From positions 1 to 59,516 of IMG/VR virus record IMGVR_UViG_3300048837_000161: a stretch of DNA of 59,516 bases, one strand, 5' to 3'. The translations under genes were made by a program, and so were the position numbers. This document shows, one piece after another, positions 43,615 to 52,936 of this stretch (positions are counted from its first letter, which is position 1; each line of letters begins with the position of its first letter). The stretch comes from a virus. Its lineage: Duplodnaviria; Caudoviricetes. The notes beneath the pieces are model-generated. The model saw only the letters and a program-made list of their open reading frames with translations, did not search any database and was not told the origin of the DNA.

Positions 43615-44396
43615 TGAACCTGACCGAACGAATCATCGCATGTGTCGAAGACCACCCCGGCGCAACCACCGGACAAGTAGCTGAGATGCTTCAGCACCAG
43701 CGGGCGTCCATCAACCCCATGATGTCGCAGCTAGCAAAGAAGGGGCGGCTCACCCGTACCCTTCTCGGGCACACCCCGAGCAACATCGCCTTCTATGGGT
43801 ACTGGCCGGCAACCGCACAACTCTCAAACGTTCAGGAGTCTGTCTCAAACGTTCAGGAGCCCGCTCCCAAGACCAAGAAGCCCTGCGCCAAACCCACCCC
43901 TTCGCCCACCTCAACCAACCCCACCACGCTCGATCTGAACGCCCTGGTGGAGACGCTCGCAACCTCACTGGCCGACACGCTGGCCCAGCAGGTCGCAGCC
44001 AAACTCAAGGACCGACTCATGGCGCAGCTCGCCACGCACCTCCCGGCGCTCGCCGCCCCGCCCCCGCAGATTCACGCACCTATCATCAACGAGCCCAAGG
44101 CCAGCAAGAAGCGGGTGCTGATCGCGGGGCTGCTGCCGCAGCAAGCAGGGATGATCCAGTCCGAGTTCGGCGAAGTGTTCGACCTGTCGTTCTGGAAGGA
44201 CGAGAGCCTGCACGCCCTGAAGTCCCGTGCCGAGAGTGCCGAGGTGACGATCACCTTCACGAGCAAGATCGGACACGCCGCCGAGAACGCCATCAAGACG
44301 ACCGGCACCGAGTACCACCGCTGCGTCGGCGGCATGACCAGCCTGCGCGACATGCTGACGCGTATGTACGTTGAGAACGACCAGACGGCCCACTAA
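43611..44396 (+). CDS. Winged-HTH DNA-binding protein with C-terminal alpha/beta domain
   Basis: 'IIACVEDHPGATTGQVAEML...SINPMMSQLAKKGRLTR'; C-terminal 'RVLIAGL...FTSKIGH...GGMTSL'. Confidence 0.65.
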   Translation: MMNLTERIIACVEDHPGATTGQVAEMLQHQRASINPMMSQLAKKGRLTRTLLGHTPSNIAFYGYWPATAQLSNVQESVSNVQEPAPKTKKPCAKPTPSPTSTNPTTLDLNALVETLATSLADTLAQQVAAKLKDRLMAQLATHLPALAAPPPQIHAPIINEPKASKKRVLIAGLLPQQAGMIQSEFGEVFDLSFWKDESLHALKSRAESAEVTITFTSKIGHAAENAIKTTGTEYHRCVGGMTSLRDMLTRMYVENDQTAH

Positions 44397-44398
44397 CC

Positions 44399-44414
44399 TG
44401 TTTATTTCTTAACA
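44399..44414. promoter_or_regulatory. 16-bp TGYT-N8-ARCA site filling a 20-nt intergenic gap
   Basis: TGTTTATTTCTTAACA between TAA 44396 and ATG 44417. Confidence 0.55.
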
Positions 44415-44416
44415 CT

Positions 44417-44980
44417 ATGTCCAATACAATAGAGCACGGCCACTTCGAACCCCGCGTACCGCAAACCCCCGAGCGCAAGCTGTGGGCGACCTGCCTTCTA
44501 AACGGGATTCACGAGGCGCTGACACTGCGGGTCGAGCGGCTGCAAGGCCCGTCGAAGAGGGTCATCCCAGTAGAGTCGCTGCACTGGCCCGAGCGCTGGT
44601 TGATGGACACGACGTGGTGCCACGTAGGCAGTTTCGTCTGGATATGCGAGATGCTGGGGTACGACCCGGATAACCTGCGCAGCAAGGCCATCATGAGCGT
44701 ACAGGAGGATGCCGTGACCCCCTTACCGGGCGCCCAAGTAGCTGCCGCCAGCCCGTTCAAGAAAGAGAGCCTGCCCATGCGCTTGTTCCGCCTCATGGAC
44801 GAGGACGCTGACAGTACATGGACGGCCGAGCGCATCATGGATACCTTTGACATGCCACGCTCGTCGGTGACGACTGCGCTACGCCGCCTCGCCAGGAAGG
44901 GGCTGGTGGAGGTGGTGGGCAAGGAGGTGCGGCGCACGAGACCCCGCTACCTGTGGCGGGTGAAGGGAGAAGCGAAATGA
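44417..44980 (+). CDS. Putative transcription regulator with C-terminal winged HTH
   Basis: 'PERKLWATCL...GSFVWICEMLGYDP' plus 'WTAERIMDTFDMPRSSVTTALRRLARKGLVE'. Confidence 0.65.
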   Translation: MSNTIEHGHFEPRVPQTPERKLWATCLLNGIHEALTLRVERLQGPSKRVIPVESLHWPERWLMDTTWCHVGSFVWICEMLGYDPDNLRSKAIMSVQEDAVTPLPGAQVAAASPFKKESLPMRLFRLMDEDADSTWTAERIMDTFDMPRSSVTTALRRLARKGLVEVVGKEVRRTRPRYLWRVKGEAK

Positions 44981-45291
44981 ACGACCGTGAATTGCTGAAA
45001 CTGGCTGCGAAGGCTAGTGGGGAATTGACTCCATCCTGGTATGGAAACGATGCGTACTTTGAGGGGGTATTAAGCCGATGGAACCCGCTTGTGGACGACG
45101 GAGATGCACTACGTCTCGCAGTGAATTTAGGGATTAAGGTTTCTTGCAGACCAGATGAGGAGGTAGACATTTGGGCAACTGCATCCTGCTGGGCCGCATA
45201 TGTACAGGAAGATGCACGCGTTGATAAGTATTCCGCCGCCCGTCGAGCCATCGTCCGTGCAGCCGCAGAAATTGGGAGGAACATGAAATGA
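44977..45291 (+). CDS. Conserved phage hypothetical protein
   Basis: 'MNDRELLKLAAKA...WNPLVDDGDALRLAV...RRAIVRAAAEIG'. Confidence 0.7.
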   Translation: MNDRELLKLAAKASGELTPSWYGNDAYFEGVLSRWNPLVDDGDALRLAVNLGIKVSCRPDEEVDIWATASCWAAYVQEDARVDKYSAARRAIVRAAAEIGRNMK

Positions 45292-45902
45292 CCATCGACA
45301 TAGACGCCCTGAAGCGGGACAAGCGCCCTCAGAGTTCAACTCTCGTGCATGCGCTGATCGACCGACTCGAAGCGGCTGAGAAAGAGTGCGATGCCCTGCG
45401 CGCAGATAAGGCGATACTTCAACAGATGACGTATTCGCTCAAAGACCGCCTCGAAGTGGTTGAGAAAGAGCAAGTATTAACTATGAGGCTCGCAGACAGC
45501 TTGGCTCTTGCTCTTAACACAAGCAACCACGAGCGCGACAACCTGCGCGCAAAGATCGAACGCATGGAGCAGCAAATTCCGATCTGTCGTGCCGAAGACC
45601 TCAAGCACGCGGAGTCGCTGCTTCCGACGCTGGGACTCAAGCCGGAGAACCCTCTCTACGCCCTCCCCGGCGCACAGCAATGTAAAAACTGCAACGGAAT
45701 GGGCGATCGTTTTGATCCGTCAGGGGAGAAAATACCCTGTGATCTTTGCGAAAGTCGTTTAGAGGAAATTCGATCCTTGGTTGCAGAAGCAGCACACGAC
45801 ATCATTTCAGGCAGCGATTTTTGGTTGTCGACCAGTCTCGCAGCAAAAAAGATCTACGCCCTCCCCGGCGCAATCGACCGCGTCACTGGAGAGCTGCCAT
45901 GA
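45288..45902 (+). CDS. Ea22/Ead-like mosaic coiled-coil protein
   Basis: 'LIDRLEAAEKE' repeats, two YALPGA motifs flanking a CxxC...CxxC insert. Confidence 0.6.
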   Translation: MTIDIDALKRDKRPQSSTLVHALIDRLEAAEKECDALRADKAILQQMTYSLKDRLEVVEKEQVLTMRLADSLALALNTSNHERDNLRAKIERMEQQIPICRAEDLKHAESLLPTLGLKPENPLYALPGAQQCKNCNGMGDRFDPSGEKIPCDLCESRLEEIRSLVAEAAHDIISGSDFWLSTSLAAKKIYALPGAIDRVTGELP

Positions 45903-46453
45903 CCATCGACACGAAAGAACTGCGCCGACTGGCGCAAGCGGTAAGCGGATGGAGCAACTGCAATCAAGCATGGCTCGATCAAAGTGAAGACGTTCCAGCC
46001 GCAGCGGTCGGGCAGATTGACGAAGATGGCAACATCTATCCCATCGCCACTATCGACTGCGACCAGTATTACGCGGCGCACCAGTCGCTACCTCTTGCAA
46101 AGTTCTACGCCGCAGCCAACCCCGCCGTAATCTCTGAACTCCTCGACCGCCTCGAAGCGGCTGAGAAAGAGCGCGACTTTGCGAAAACAGAGATTGCCCG
46201 CCTTCATGACGACATCCGCGAACTGACGGACGTGCGCGTACTGGATGAGGAAGACCGGGATCGGATCGTCGCGTGGCGGCAAGGCACCTCAGCAAAGCCC
46301 GCGCTGAGCACCCCCGAAGGCTGGAGGCTGGTGCCGATTGTCAGTACCGAAGAAATGGATAACGCAGGGTCCGAACACTGCGACGGGTATTTGAGCACGG
46401 CCCAGGCGGTGTGGGATGCAATGCTCGCAGCAGCACCGGAGGCCAAACCATGA
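45899..46453 (+). CDS. Ead/Ea22-family protein
   Basis: 'MTIDTKELRRLA...AAANPAVISELLDRLEAAE'; C-terminal 'PEGWRLVP...EEM...WDAMLAAAP'. Confidence 0.7.
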   Translation: MTIDTKELRRLAQAVSGWSNCNQAWLDQSEDVPAAAVGQIDEDGNIYPIATIDCDQYYAAHQSLPLAKFYAAANPAVISELLDRLEAAEKERDFAKTEIARLHDDIRELTDVRVLDEEDRDRIVAWRQGTSAKPALSTPEGWRLVPIVSTEEMDNAGSEHCDGYLSTAQAVWDAMLAAAPEAKP

Positions 46454-46590
46454 AATATGTTGCGTGTCTGGGTATCGGATTTTTCATCGGCTGGCTATAC
46501 GCACACAGCGTCATTGCTACTGAATGCCGAAAGCTCGGTCGCTTTTACGTGGGAAATAGTGTGTTCAATTGCACGGAGGTCAAGCCATGA
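46450..46590 (+). CDS. 46-aa membrane peptide (not in ORF track)
   Basis: MKYVACLGIGFFIGWLYAHSVIATECRKLGRFYVGNSVFNCTEVKP; ATGA coupling at both ends. Confidence 0.6.
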   Translation: MKYVACLGIGFFIGWLYAHSVIATECRKLGRFYVGNSVFNCTEVKP

Positions 46591-47048
46591 GACCTAAGGC
46601 CCACCGCTGGGGTAAGCGCATCAACCCCGCTGCCGTCGCAACGCTCCTCGACGAAGCCGCCATCCACAAGATGCTCACCCCACTGCACATGAGTGTCGAG
46701 CTGCTGCCGCTCGGGCTTTTTACTGAAGACCACGCCGAGATGATTGCCAAACTCATCAACCTGACGGCGGTGGATTCCGCAGGCAAGGGCAACGGGATGT
46801 GGCAAGTCGCCGACGCCGTAGGTCAGGTGCTGCTTGCCATGCAGGCCCGAGTCGACGAGGGGAAGTCGTGGAACGTCACCGCGACCGAGCGTGAAGCGCT
46901 GGTTGAGAACATCATGAAGATGGACAAGCACCTGCGTACCTGGACGGTGCGCCGCTTCAACATCAACGCGATGGCGGTCAACGAGATCAACGCCCGCGCC
47001 AAGGCACAAGGGGCCAAGCGGGGGCAACGCGTGGAGATTCAACTGTGA
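46587..47048 (+). CDS. Hypothetical protein
   Basis: GGAGG RBS; start MRPKAHRW. Confidence 0.65.
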   Translation: MRPKAHRWGKRINPAAVATLLDEAAIHKMLTPLHMSVELLPLGLFTEDHAEMIAKLINLTAVDSAGKGNGMWQVADAVGQVLLAMQARVDEGKSWNVTATEREALVENIMKMDKHLRTWTVRRFNINAMAVNEINARAKAQGAKRGQRVEIQL

Positions 47049-47254
47049 AACGCCGCATCCTCATCGGCGTGGACGTCAACGAGTGGAAACACCCCGACGG
47101 GCACCAAGGGTTCGACTTGGAGAAGCTGAAGACCAACTGGACGGAGTCGACCGTTCGAGCGATCATCCAGTCCTTGCGCAGCAAAGCACCCGTGGAGCAC
47201 AACGGCAAGACGTTCCGCGCGTTCGTCATCTCGAACCAACTTGTTGAGGAGTAA
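47045..47254 (+). CDS. Hypothetical protein
   Basis: GTGA coupling and RBS. Confidence 0.55.
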   Translation: MKRRILIGVDVNEWKHPDGHQGFDLEKLKTNWTESTVRAIIQSLRSKAPVEHNGKTFRAFVISNQLVEE

Positions 47255-47257
47255 ACA
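47242..47257. promoter_or_regulatory. 16-bp TGYT-N8-ARCA site overlapping stop, RBS and start
   Basis: TGTTGAGGAGTAAACA; could be coincidental with the RBS. Confidence 0.4.
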
Positions 47258-47397
47258 TGCCCGCAGTCGTCACCGACCTTGGCCTGCTCGTGCTGGCCGC
47301 AGCGATCTACTTTGGACTGCGCTACTTGGGCGACGCCGTCGCCGACACCCCGTTCATGCGGGTCACTTACCAGGATGAAGAGGAGGAGAACCAGTAA
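47257..47397 (+). CDS. 46-aa single-TM peptide (not in ORF track)
   Basis: MPAVVTDLGLLVLAAAIYFGLRYLGDAVADTPFMRVTYQDEEEENQ; GAGGAG RBS. Confidence 0.6.
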   Translation: MPAVVTDLGLLVLAAAIYFGLRYLGDAVADTPFMRVTYQDEEEENQ

Positions 47398-47936
47398 TGC
47401 TGATCAGTTACAACGAGCTGTGCGAGTTTGCCGAGCGGGGCGTCATCGCCCCGGTAGACCCGAAGGACATCAACGGCACGAGCATCGACGTGCACCTGGG
47501 TACGAAGATTCTGCGGGAAGCGCCCATCCCGAGGGAGATCGCCACCATCTCGCTGCGCGACAAACAGAACGTGCACTGGCTGGAAACCGACATCACCGAA
47601 GGCTTCTACGACCTGCTCCCCGGCGAGTTCATCCTGGCGCACACGGTCGAGGTCTTCGACCTGCCCGCCGACATCAGCGCCGAGTTCAAGCTCAACAGCT
47701 CGGGCGCCCGGATCGGACTGGACAACGCGCTCGCCACCTGGGCTGACCCCCGCTGGCACGGCTCCACACTCACCTTGGAGCTGAAGAACAACACCCGCCA
47801 CCACGTCATTCGCCTGCACCACGGGTGCCGCATCGGCCAGATGATCTTCCACCGCAGTGAGCCGGTGCCGGAGGACAAGAGCTACGCGGTGCGTGGGCGG
47901 TACAACAAGGACACATCGGCACAGCCGGTCAAGTGA
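47397..47936 (+). CDS. dcd: dCTP deaminase (trimeric dUTPase superfamily)
   Basis: 'SIDVHLG', 'PGEFILAHTVE', 'SSGARIGL', 'DPRWHG.TLTLELKN', 'RIGQMIF', 'GRY'. Confidence 0.85.
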   Translation: MLISYNELCEFAERGVIAPVDPKDINGTSIDVHLGTKILREAPIPREIATISLRDKQNVHWLETDITEGFYDLLPGEFILAHTVEVFDLPADISAEFKLNSSGARIGLDNALATWADPRWHGSTLTLELKNNTRHHVIRLHHGCRIGQMIFHRSEPVPEDKSYAVRGRYNKDTSAQPVK

Positions 47937-47943
47937 GAACGTG

Positions 47944-48099
47944 ATGACCACTCAACACATCGATCTCGCAGCGCGTGCCGACGCGCTGTACCCGGACAAC
48001 CCCACCCTTCAGGAGAAGTGGATCGCTGCGGCGGCGTACCTGCGCAGCAAGGGGTTGTGGATTCTCGAAGGTGGACCGGCCAAGTGGAGGGCGGCATGA
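47944..48099 (+). CDS. Small hypothetical protein
   Basis: MTTQHIDLAARADALYP...; ATGA-coupled downstream. Confidence 0.5.
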   Translation: MTTQHIDLAARADALYPDNPTLQEKWIAAAAYLRSKGLWILEGGPAKWRAA

Positions 48100-48554
48100 G
48101 CGAATCGGTTGGACTGAAGGAACTGCTCAGGCGGAAGATTGAAGCGGCGTACTGTAACGACGAGTTCACCAAAGAGGCCGCACTGGACTACTTGCGGCAA
48201 GGCACAGAACAACGCCACCTATCATCAAGCACCCTATTCCCCAACCTCCACGTACCCGGCGCCAAGGACGACAAGGGCAAGCCGATGGCCGGGGTGTTGC
48301 TCGACTTCAGCCGAGCCCTTCAGATCGTGGTGGATGTCGGCACCTACGGCGCGAAGAAGTACACACGCGCCGGCTGGGCCACGGTCCCCGAAGGCTCACA
48401 GCGCTACCTTGATGCCATGATGCGTCACCTGCTGGCGATGGACGTCGACCCGGACGGACTGGACAAGGAAACTGGACTGCCACACCTCGCCCACGTCGCG
48501 TGGAACGCACTGGCGGTGCTGGAGCTTCAGGCGCGCGGGAAAGAAACGTTCTAG
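48096..48554 (+). CDS. dATP/dGTP diphosphohydrolase-like protein (DUF5664)
   Basis: 'GAKDDKGKP', 'YGAKKY...W', 'YLDAMMRHL', 'DKETGLPHLAHVAWNAL'. Confidence 0.8.
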   Translation: MSESVGLKELLRRKIEAAYCNDEFTKEAALDYLRQGTEQRHLSSSTLFPNLHVPGAKDDKGKPMAGVLLDFSRALQIVVDVGTYGAKKYTRAGWATVPEGSQRYLDAMMRHLLAMDVDPDGLDKETGLPHLAHVAWNALAVLELQARGKETF

Positions 48555-48563
48555 GAGACCACC

Positions 48564-48731
48564 ATGCAGCTCTGGCGCGTATTCCTCCAGCACGACGACA
48601 CCGGGCGCAACTCGGAGTGCGTTGTCGAAGCAGAAGACTATGGGCACGCCGCGCGTGATGCGCAGCGGCAGTACGGACAGCGGTGGTTTGCCTACGCCGT
48701 GAAGCCGGAACCGAACGATGAACCGCTCTGA
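48564..48731 (+). CDS. 55-aa hypothetical protein (not in ORF track)
   Basis: AGGAG RBS; MQLWRVFLQHDDTGRNSECVVEA... Confidence 0.5.
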   Translation: MQLWRVFLQHDDTGRNSECVVEAEDYGHAARDAQRQYGQRWFAYAVKPEPNDEPL

Positions 48732-48841
48732 CCTCAAACAACTGGCAGAACACCACGGTGTCCGGTTCGTAGCCGGTGCCGTGGACTGCGACGAACCCAC
48801 CCTCTTAACCTTCATCGAGCACCTGCTCGAAGGGAACCACC

Positions 48842-49096
48842 ATGATCGAACACAACGTGAACCGCCAAGCCATCGACCAGATCGTGCGCCAGATGGCTGC
48901 AATGACCGGACAAGGGCAGTACAACCTGAGTGACGTGCTGCTGGGCGTCACCGAGTACCTGGGGCGCATCATCGTCGATGCTGCCGACACCCCCGTCTCC
49001 GGGGTCCAGATGGCGCAGGTAATGGAGGAGCACCTGCGCCAAACATTAGCGGCCGGTTACGCCAGCAAGGGCTACAACATGGGGGGCTTCATGTGA
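48842..49096 (+). CDS. Hypothetical protein
   Basis: Coupled to the polymerase start. Confidence 0.55.
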   Translation: MIEHNVNRQAIDQIVRQMAAMTGQGQYNLSDVLLGVTEYLGRIIVDAADTPVSGVQMAQVMEEHLRQTLAAGYASKGYNMGGFM

Positions 49097-51120
49097 CTCC
49101 GTTCGATCGCTCGCGCTGGACTCGTCCCTATCACGCGGTCTTCGACGTCGAGCTAATCGGCACCCACAACCCGGTGTTCCTGGTCTGCGTGTCCATCGTT
49201 GAGCTGGGAAAGCGCGCAGCGTTCTGGTGGCACCGGCCGGGCGATATGGCGAAGCTTCGCAAGCTACTCTCGAACGATGCCTTCACCTGGGTGGGGTTCA
49301 ATAGCTGGAAGTTCGACCTCCCCATCGTCTCCTACGCAATGGCCGGGGCCAACCCGGCGCAGTTGAAAGACCTCTCCGCGCGTCTCATCGAAGACAACAT
49401 GATGCCGTGGGAGGCCGAGACGCTGTTCGGGTTCGAGATGCTGAAGGTCGACCACATCGACGTGTTCAACGTGGCACCGGGGGTGGAGATTTCGCTCAAG
49501 CGCTACATGGGGCGCATGGGGTATCCGTCGCTCATCGACATGCCGTTCCACCACACCAAAGACCTGGAGCCCAACGAGCATCCGCTTGTGGAGAAGTATT
49601 GCTTCAACGACGTTGGCGGCACGACGTGGCTGCTGAAAAAGCTCAAGACCGAAATCGACCTGCGGGTGGACATGAGTGCGGAGTACGGCATTGACCTGCG
49701 GTCCAAGTCGGACGCCCAGATGGCCGAGGCTATCATCAAGAAGCGGCTCGAACTCAAGTCCTTCGGCAAGAAGAACCCGCCGCCCTTCGTGAGCTACAGC
49801 GCCCCGGACTTCATCCACACCGACAGCCCGATCATCCTCGACCTGATCGAGAAGCTGGGGAACACGTCGTTCACGGTGAATCCCGGCAACGGCTCCCCTG
49901 AAGCCCCGGAGTTTCTGGCCGAGCCGGTCAAGCTCGGGTACGGCACCTACCAGATGGGGATCGGCGGGCTGCACAGCACCCACGATGTGAGCCTCTATGT
50001 CGAGGCGAGCGACGAGCTGTGCGTGTCGGACTTCGACGTGGCATCCTACTACCCGAACGTGATCATGAAGGCCGGGTTGATCCCCGCGTTTGGTGCGGGC
50101 AAGGGTGAGCGGTTCATCGCTGAGTACACCAGCATCTACCATCGCCGGATGGAGGCCAAGCACAGCGGCAACAAGAAGGTGGCGAACAGCCTCAAGATTC
50201 TGCTGAACGGCACGTTCGGCAAGCTGGGCAGCATCTACAGCGCCTTCTACGCCCCGGACCTCATGCTCGCCGTGACGATCAGCGGGCAGTTGAACCTGAT
50301 GTGCCTCATCCACGACGTGGAGAAGGTGCCCGGAGCGCGAGTCATCTCGGCCAACACGGACGGCATCATGGTGGCGTACCCCCCGGCAGTGCGCGAGCAG
50401 GTCGAGGCGGCGGTCGCAGGCAACGCGTCCATCACGGGTTTCGAGTACGAGGAGACCCGCTACTACAAGGTGGCGATGAAAGACGTGAACAACTACCTCG
50501 CCGTGGTGGCTGACTACGGTAGTGGATCACCCCAAGTTGCGTTCGACAAGGACGACAAGCCGATCGTCAAGAGCAAGGGGTTGTATGCGCCCAAGGGGCT
50601 GATGAAGAACCCCACGATGCAGGTGTGCTCCAACATGGCGCAGGACTACCTTGTGCACGGCACGCTGCCGGACTACGCGATCTACGACTACTCAAACCCG
50701 GAAGACTTCATGGCTGTGCGCGAGGTTCAGGGCGGCGGCATCCAGTACGAGGGGTTCGAGCTGGTTGACGACTGGGTGGAGGTGGCCGATCGGGAGTGGC
50801 GCCGTCAGGCGTGGATCGACAGCGGGATCAAGAAGGCAAGCGTCAAGCGCAAGTCCCGCCCTCGCCCGGTGGAGGTTGGGGTCGGTGGTGTTCCATTCGG
50901 CCGGGTGGCGCGCTGGTACATGACCCGAGAGTTCTTGCCGCCGATCTGCTACGTCGGTAGCGGCAACAAGGTGCCCAAGACGGAAGGCGCGAAACTGTGC
51001 ATGGTTCTGCCAGAGACCTTGCCGGATGATCTCGACTGGGACTGGTACATCAAGGAAACGTACTCCATGCTGAAGGACATGGGAATCTCGCTCGAAAATA
51101 GTTCAGGAGAGTGTATGTAA
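49093..51120 (+). CDS. Family-B DNA polymerase with 3'-5' exonuclease
   Basis: Exo I 'VFDVE', Exo II 'GFNSWKFD', Exo III 'YCFND'; palm 'DFDVASYYP', 'KILLNGTFGK', 'NTDGI'. Confidence 0.88.
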   Translation: MTPFDRSRWTRPYHAVFDVELIGTHNPVFLVCVSIVELGKRAAFWWHRPGDMAKLRKLLSNDAFTWVGFNSWKFDLPIVSYAMAGANPAQLKDLSARLIEDNMMPWEAETLFGFEMLKVDHIDVFNVAPGVEISLKRYMGRMGYPSLIDMPFHHTKDLEPNEHPLVEKYCFNDVGGTTWLLKKLKTEIDLRVDMSAEYGIDLRSKSDAQMAEAIIKKRLELKSFGKKNPPPFVSYSAPDFIHTDSPIILDLIEKLGNTSFTVNPGNGSPEAPEFLAEPVKLGYGTYQMGIGGLHSTHDVSLYVEASDELCVSDFDVASYYPNVIMKAGLIPAFGAGKGERFIAEYTSIYHRRMEAKHSGNKKVANSLKILLNGTFGKLGSIYSAFYAPDLMLAVTISGQLNLMCLIHDVEKVPGARVISANTDGIMVAYPPAVREQVEAAVAGNASITGFEYEETRYYKVAMKDVNNYLAVVADYGSGSPQVAFDKDDKPIVKSKGLYAPKGLMKNPTMQVCSNMAQDYLVHGTLPDYAIYDYSNPEDFMAVREVQGGGIQYEGFELVDDWVEVADREWRRQAWIDSGIKKASVKRKSRPRPVEVGVGGVPFGRVARWYMTREFLPPICYVGSGNKVPKTEGAKLCMVLPETLPDDLDWDWYIKETYSMLKDMGISLENSSGECM

Positions 51121-51187
51121 CCACAGTGGACGCCGGGAAAACACCTCCTATACTGTAAACTTGTAAACACTAACAGGGAGGTGTAAG

Positions 51188-51742
51188 ATGGGAACGCTCG
51201 GAGAAGCGACCGACTTCTTGCTGCGGTGCAGCACACCAGCAGACTGGATCGAACTCGCTGACGGGTACATGCAGCAGTACAACAAGAACCCCGACAGGTT
51301 CATCCTGCCGAGAGAACACGTCGTGCTGCTGCCGCTGATCGAGGCGTATGCGCTGGACTTCACCCGGTGGATCAGGTTTGTACGGGCGCTTCGGGACGAG
51401 CTGTTCGAGGTCGAAGGCCGCGCCGGGTTGCGCTACCGTGCCGTCCACGTCGCGTTCAGGACTTTGGAGGTGCGGTACGTGCAGCAGGAGCGCCGGGAAC
51501 GTATCCGGCAGGCGGTGGCGTGGTTGGAGTCGGAATACCCTACGCTAACCACCGACCAGAAAAAACTCTGGGTCAAGCGCCTGGAGCAGTTGTGGATGAA
51601 GCAACGCCGTGCGTGGCTCACCGGCCACCGCAAGCAGCTGGGCACAAGGCTCACCCTGGACGAGCAGCGCCGGGTGCTCGACGAGTTCTGGGCCGACGTG
51701 GACGACAACATCAAACAAGGGAACTTGCCCAAGTATGAGTGA
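51188..51742 (+). CDS. Hypothetical helical protein
   Basis: GGAGG RBS; 184 aa. Confidence 0.7.
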   Translation: MGTLGEATDFLLRCSTPADWIELADGYMQQYNKNPDRFILPREHVVLLPLIEAYALDFTRWIRFVRALRDELFEVEGRAGLRYRAVHVAFRTLEVRYVQQERRERIRQAVAWLESEYPTLTTDQKKLWVKRLEQLWMKQRRAWLTGHRKQLGTRLTLDEQRRVLDEFWADVDDNIKQGNLPKYE

Positions 51743-52034
51743 GAACATGACAATTCCGCAGCGGTGCCCGTTTTGCGGGAACGGCGCACACAAGGTCAGC
51801 AAGTCGCTGGACGAGCGGTTCGGTTACGCCCTTGAGGTTTCTTACGGGTGCCCGGTGTGCGGGTTCCGCCTTGCCGCGAGGGGTGACAGCAGCAAGGGCG
51901 GCTACGCCGACAACAGCGGTGTAGAGGAAAAGGCGCTGCGCAAGTGGAACACCAGAGTCAACGACGCGAGCTGCGAAGCGGCGATCCAAGCAGCGGTGGG
52001 GGCCGCAGCAATCCGCGCACGGGGTGAGAAATGA
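51735..52034 (+). CDS. Lar-like restriction-alleviation zinc-ribbon protein
   Basis: 'CPFCG...CPVCG...ALRKWNTR'. Confidence 0.6.
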   Translation: MSENMTIPQRCPFCGNGAHKVSKSLDERFGYALEVSYGCPVCGFRLAARGDSSKGGYADNSGVEEKALRKWNTRVNDASCEAAIQAAVGAAAIRARGEK

Positions 52035-52708
52035 AACCAACCAAACCCTTCGCGTGGTCCTACACCGCGCTCACCGGGTTCGAGAACTGCCCACATCGCC
52101 ACTGGCGTACCAAGGTGGTGAAGGACATCGCCGACCCTCCGGGCGAGGCGGCACTGTTCGGGCAACGAGCCCATAAGGCTCTCGAAAACCGCGTCAAGGA
52201 CAAGACCCCCCTGCCCGATTCCATGAAGCACTACGAGCCCTACTGCAAGCGGTTCGAGGGGGTGCCGGGACAAGTCATCGTCGAGCACCAGATCGCACTC
52301 AACAAGCAGCTCAAGCCCACCTCCTGGTTCGCCAAGGACGCGTGGTGCCGTGGGGTGATCGACGTGGGCGTGGTGAGCGGAAAACGGGCACTACTTGCAG
52401 ATTGGAAATCGGGCCGCAGAAAGCCAGACTCGTCGCAGATGATGCTGTTCGCGGGCCTCGGCTTCATCGCGTACCCGCAGGTGAAGGTCATCGACACCAC
52501 GTTCATCTGGCTCCCGGACAAGAAGGTCGACCGGGAAACCTTCAGGCGCGAAGACGCCGCCGACATCTGGAGCACGTTCCTGCCGCGCGTCAAGCGGATG
52601 GAGCTGGCGTACAATGAAGGCCCTGACGCGCACCCCAAGAAGCCCTCGGGGCTTTGTCGGGGGTATTGTCCCGTCAAAGACTGCGAGTTCTGGAAACCCC
52701 GCCGCTAG
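52031..52708 (+). CDS. Cas4/RecB-like PD-(D/E)XK exonuclease
   Basis: 'WSYTAL..FENCP', 'GQRAHKALE', 'GVIDV', 'DWKSG', C-terminal 'LCRGYCP...C'. Confidence 0.85.
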   Translation: MKPTKPFAWSYTALTGFENCPHRHWRTKVVKDIADPPGEAALFGQRAHKALENRVKDKTPLPDSMKHYEPYCKRFEGVPGQVIVEHQIALNKQLKPTSWFAKDAWCRGVIDVGVVSGKRALLADWKSGRRKPDSSQMMLFAGLGFIAYPQVKVIDTTFIWLPDKKVDRETFRREDAADIWSTFLPRVKRMELAYNEGPDAHPKKPSGLCRGYCPVKDCEFWKPRR

Positions 52709-52728
52709 TCTATTACTTAGGTAATAGG

Positions 52729-52744
52729 TGCTTACTCCTAAACA
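52729..52744. promoter_or_regulatory. 16-bp TGYT-N8-ARCA site
   Basis: TGCTTACTCCTAAACA, next to the palindrome CTATTAC-TTAG-GTAATAG (52710-52727). Confidence 0.65.
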
Positions 52745-52759
52745 ACAGGAACAACAAAA

Positions 52760-52936
52760 ATGGTTCATACGCCCTTCGCCAATCTCACCGACGAAGAACT
52801 CATCATGGAGGTCGCCAACCGACCGAAAGTGACGGACCTGGAGCTGGAGCTGGCGCTGCGCGTCGAGCAGTTGTTGGACGAACTGTATGGGTTGCAGGAG
52901 GGCGACGATGGCAATGACGCCGGAAGCGAAGGTTAA
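52760..52936 (+). CDS. 58-aa acidic hypothetical protein (not in ORF track)
   Basis: MVHTPFANLTDEELIMEV...ELELALRVEQLLDE. Confidence 0.5.
   Translation: MVHTPFANLTDEELIMEVANRPKVTDLELELALRVEQLLDELYGLQEGDDGNDAGSEG

Noticed and set aside
47397-51120. Z-genome (2-aminoadenine) pathway suggested by DUF5664
   Set aside because: No PurZ or DatZ homologue recognised.
51154-51169. Additional copy of the 16-bp motif (TGTAAACTTGTAAACA)
   Set aside because: Mismatch inside the conserved left arm; intergenic and possibly real, but not counted.
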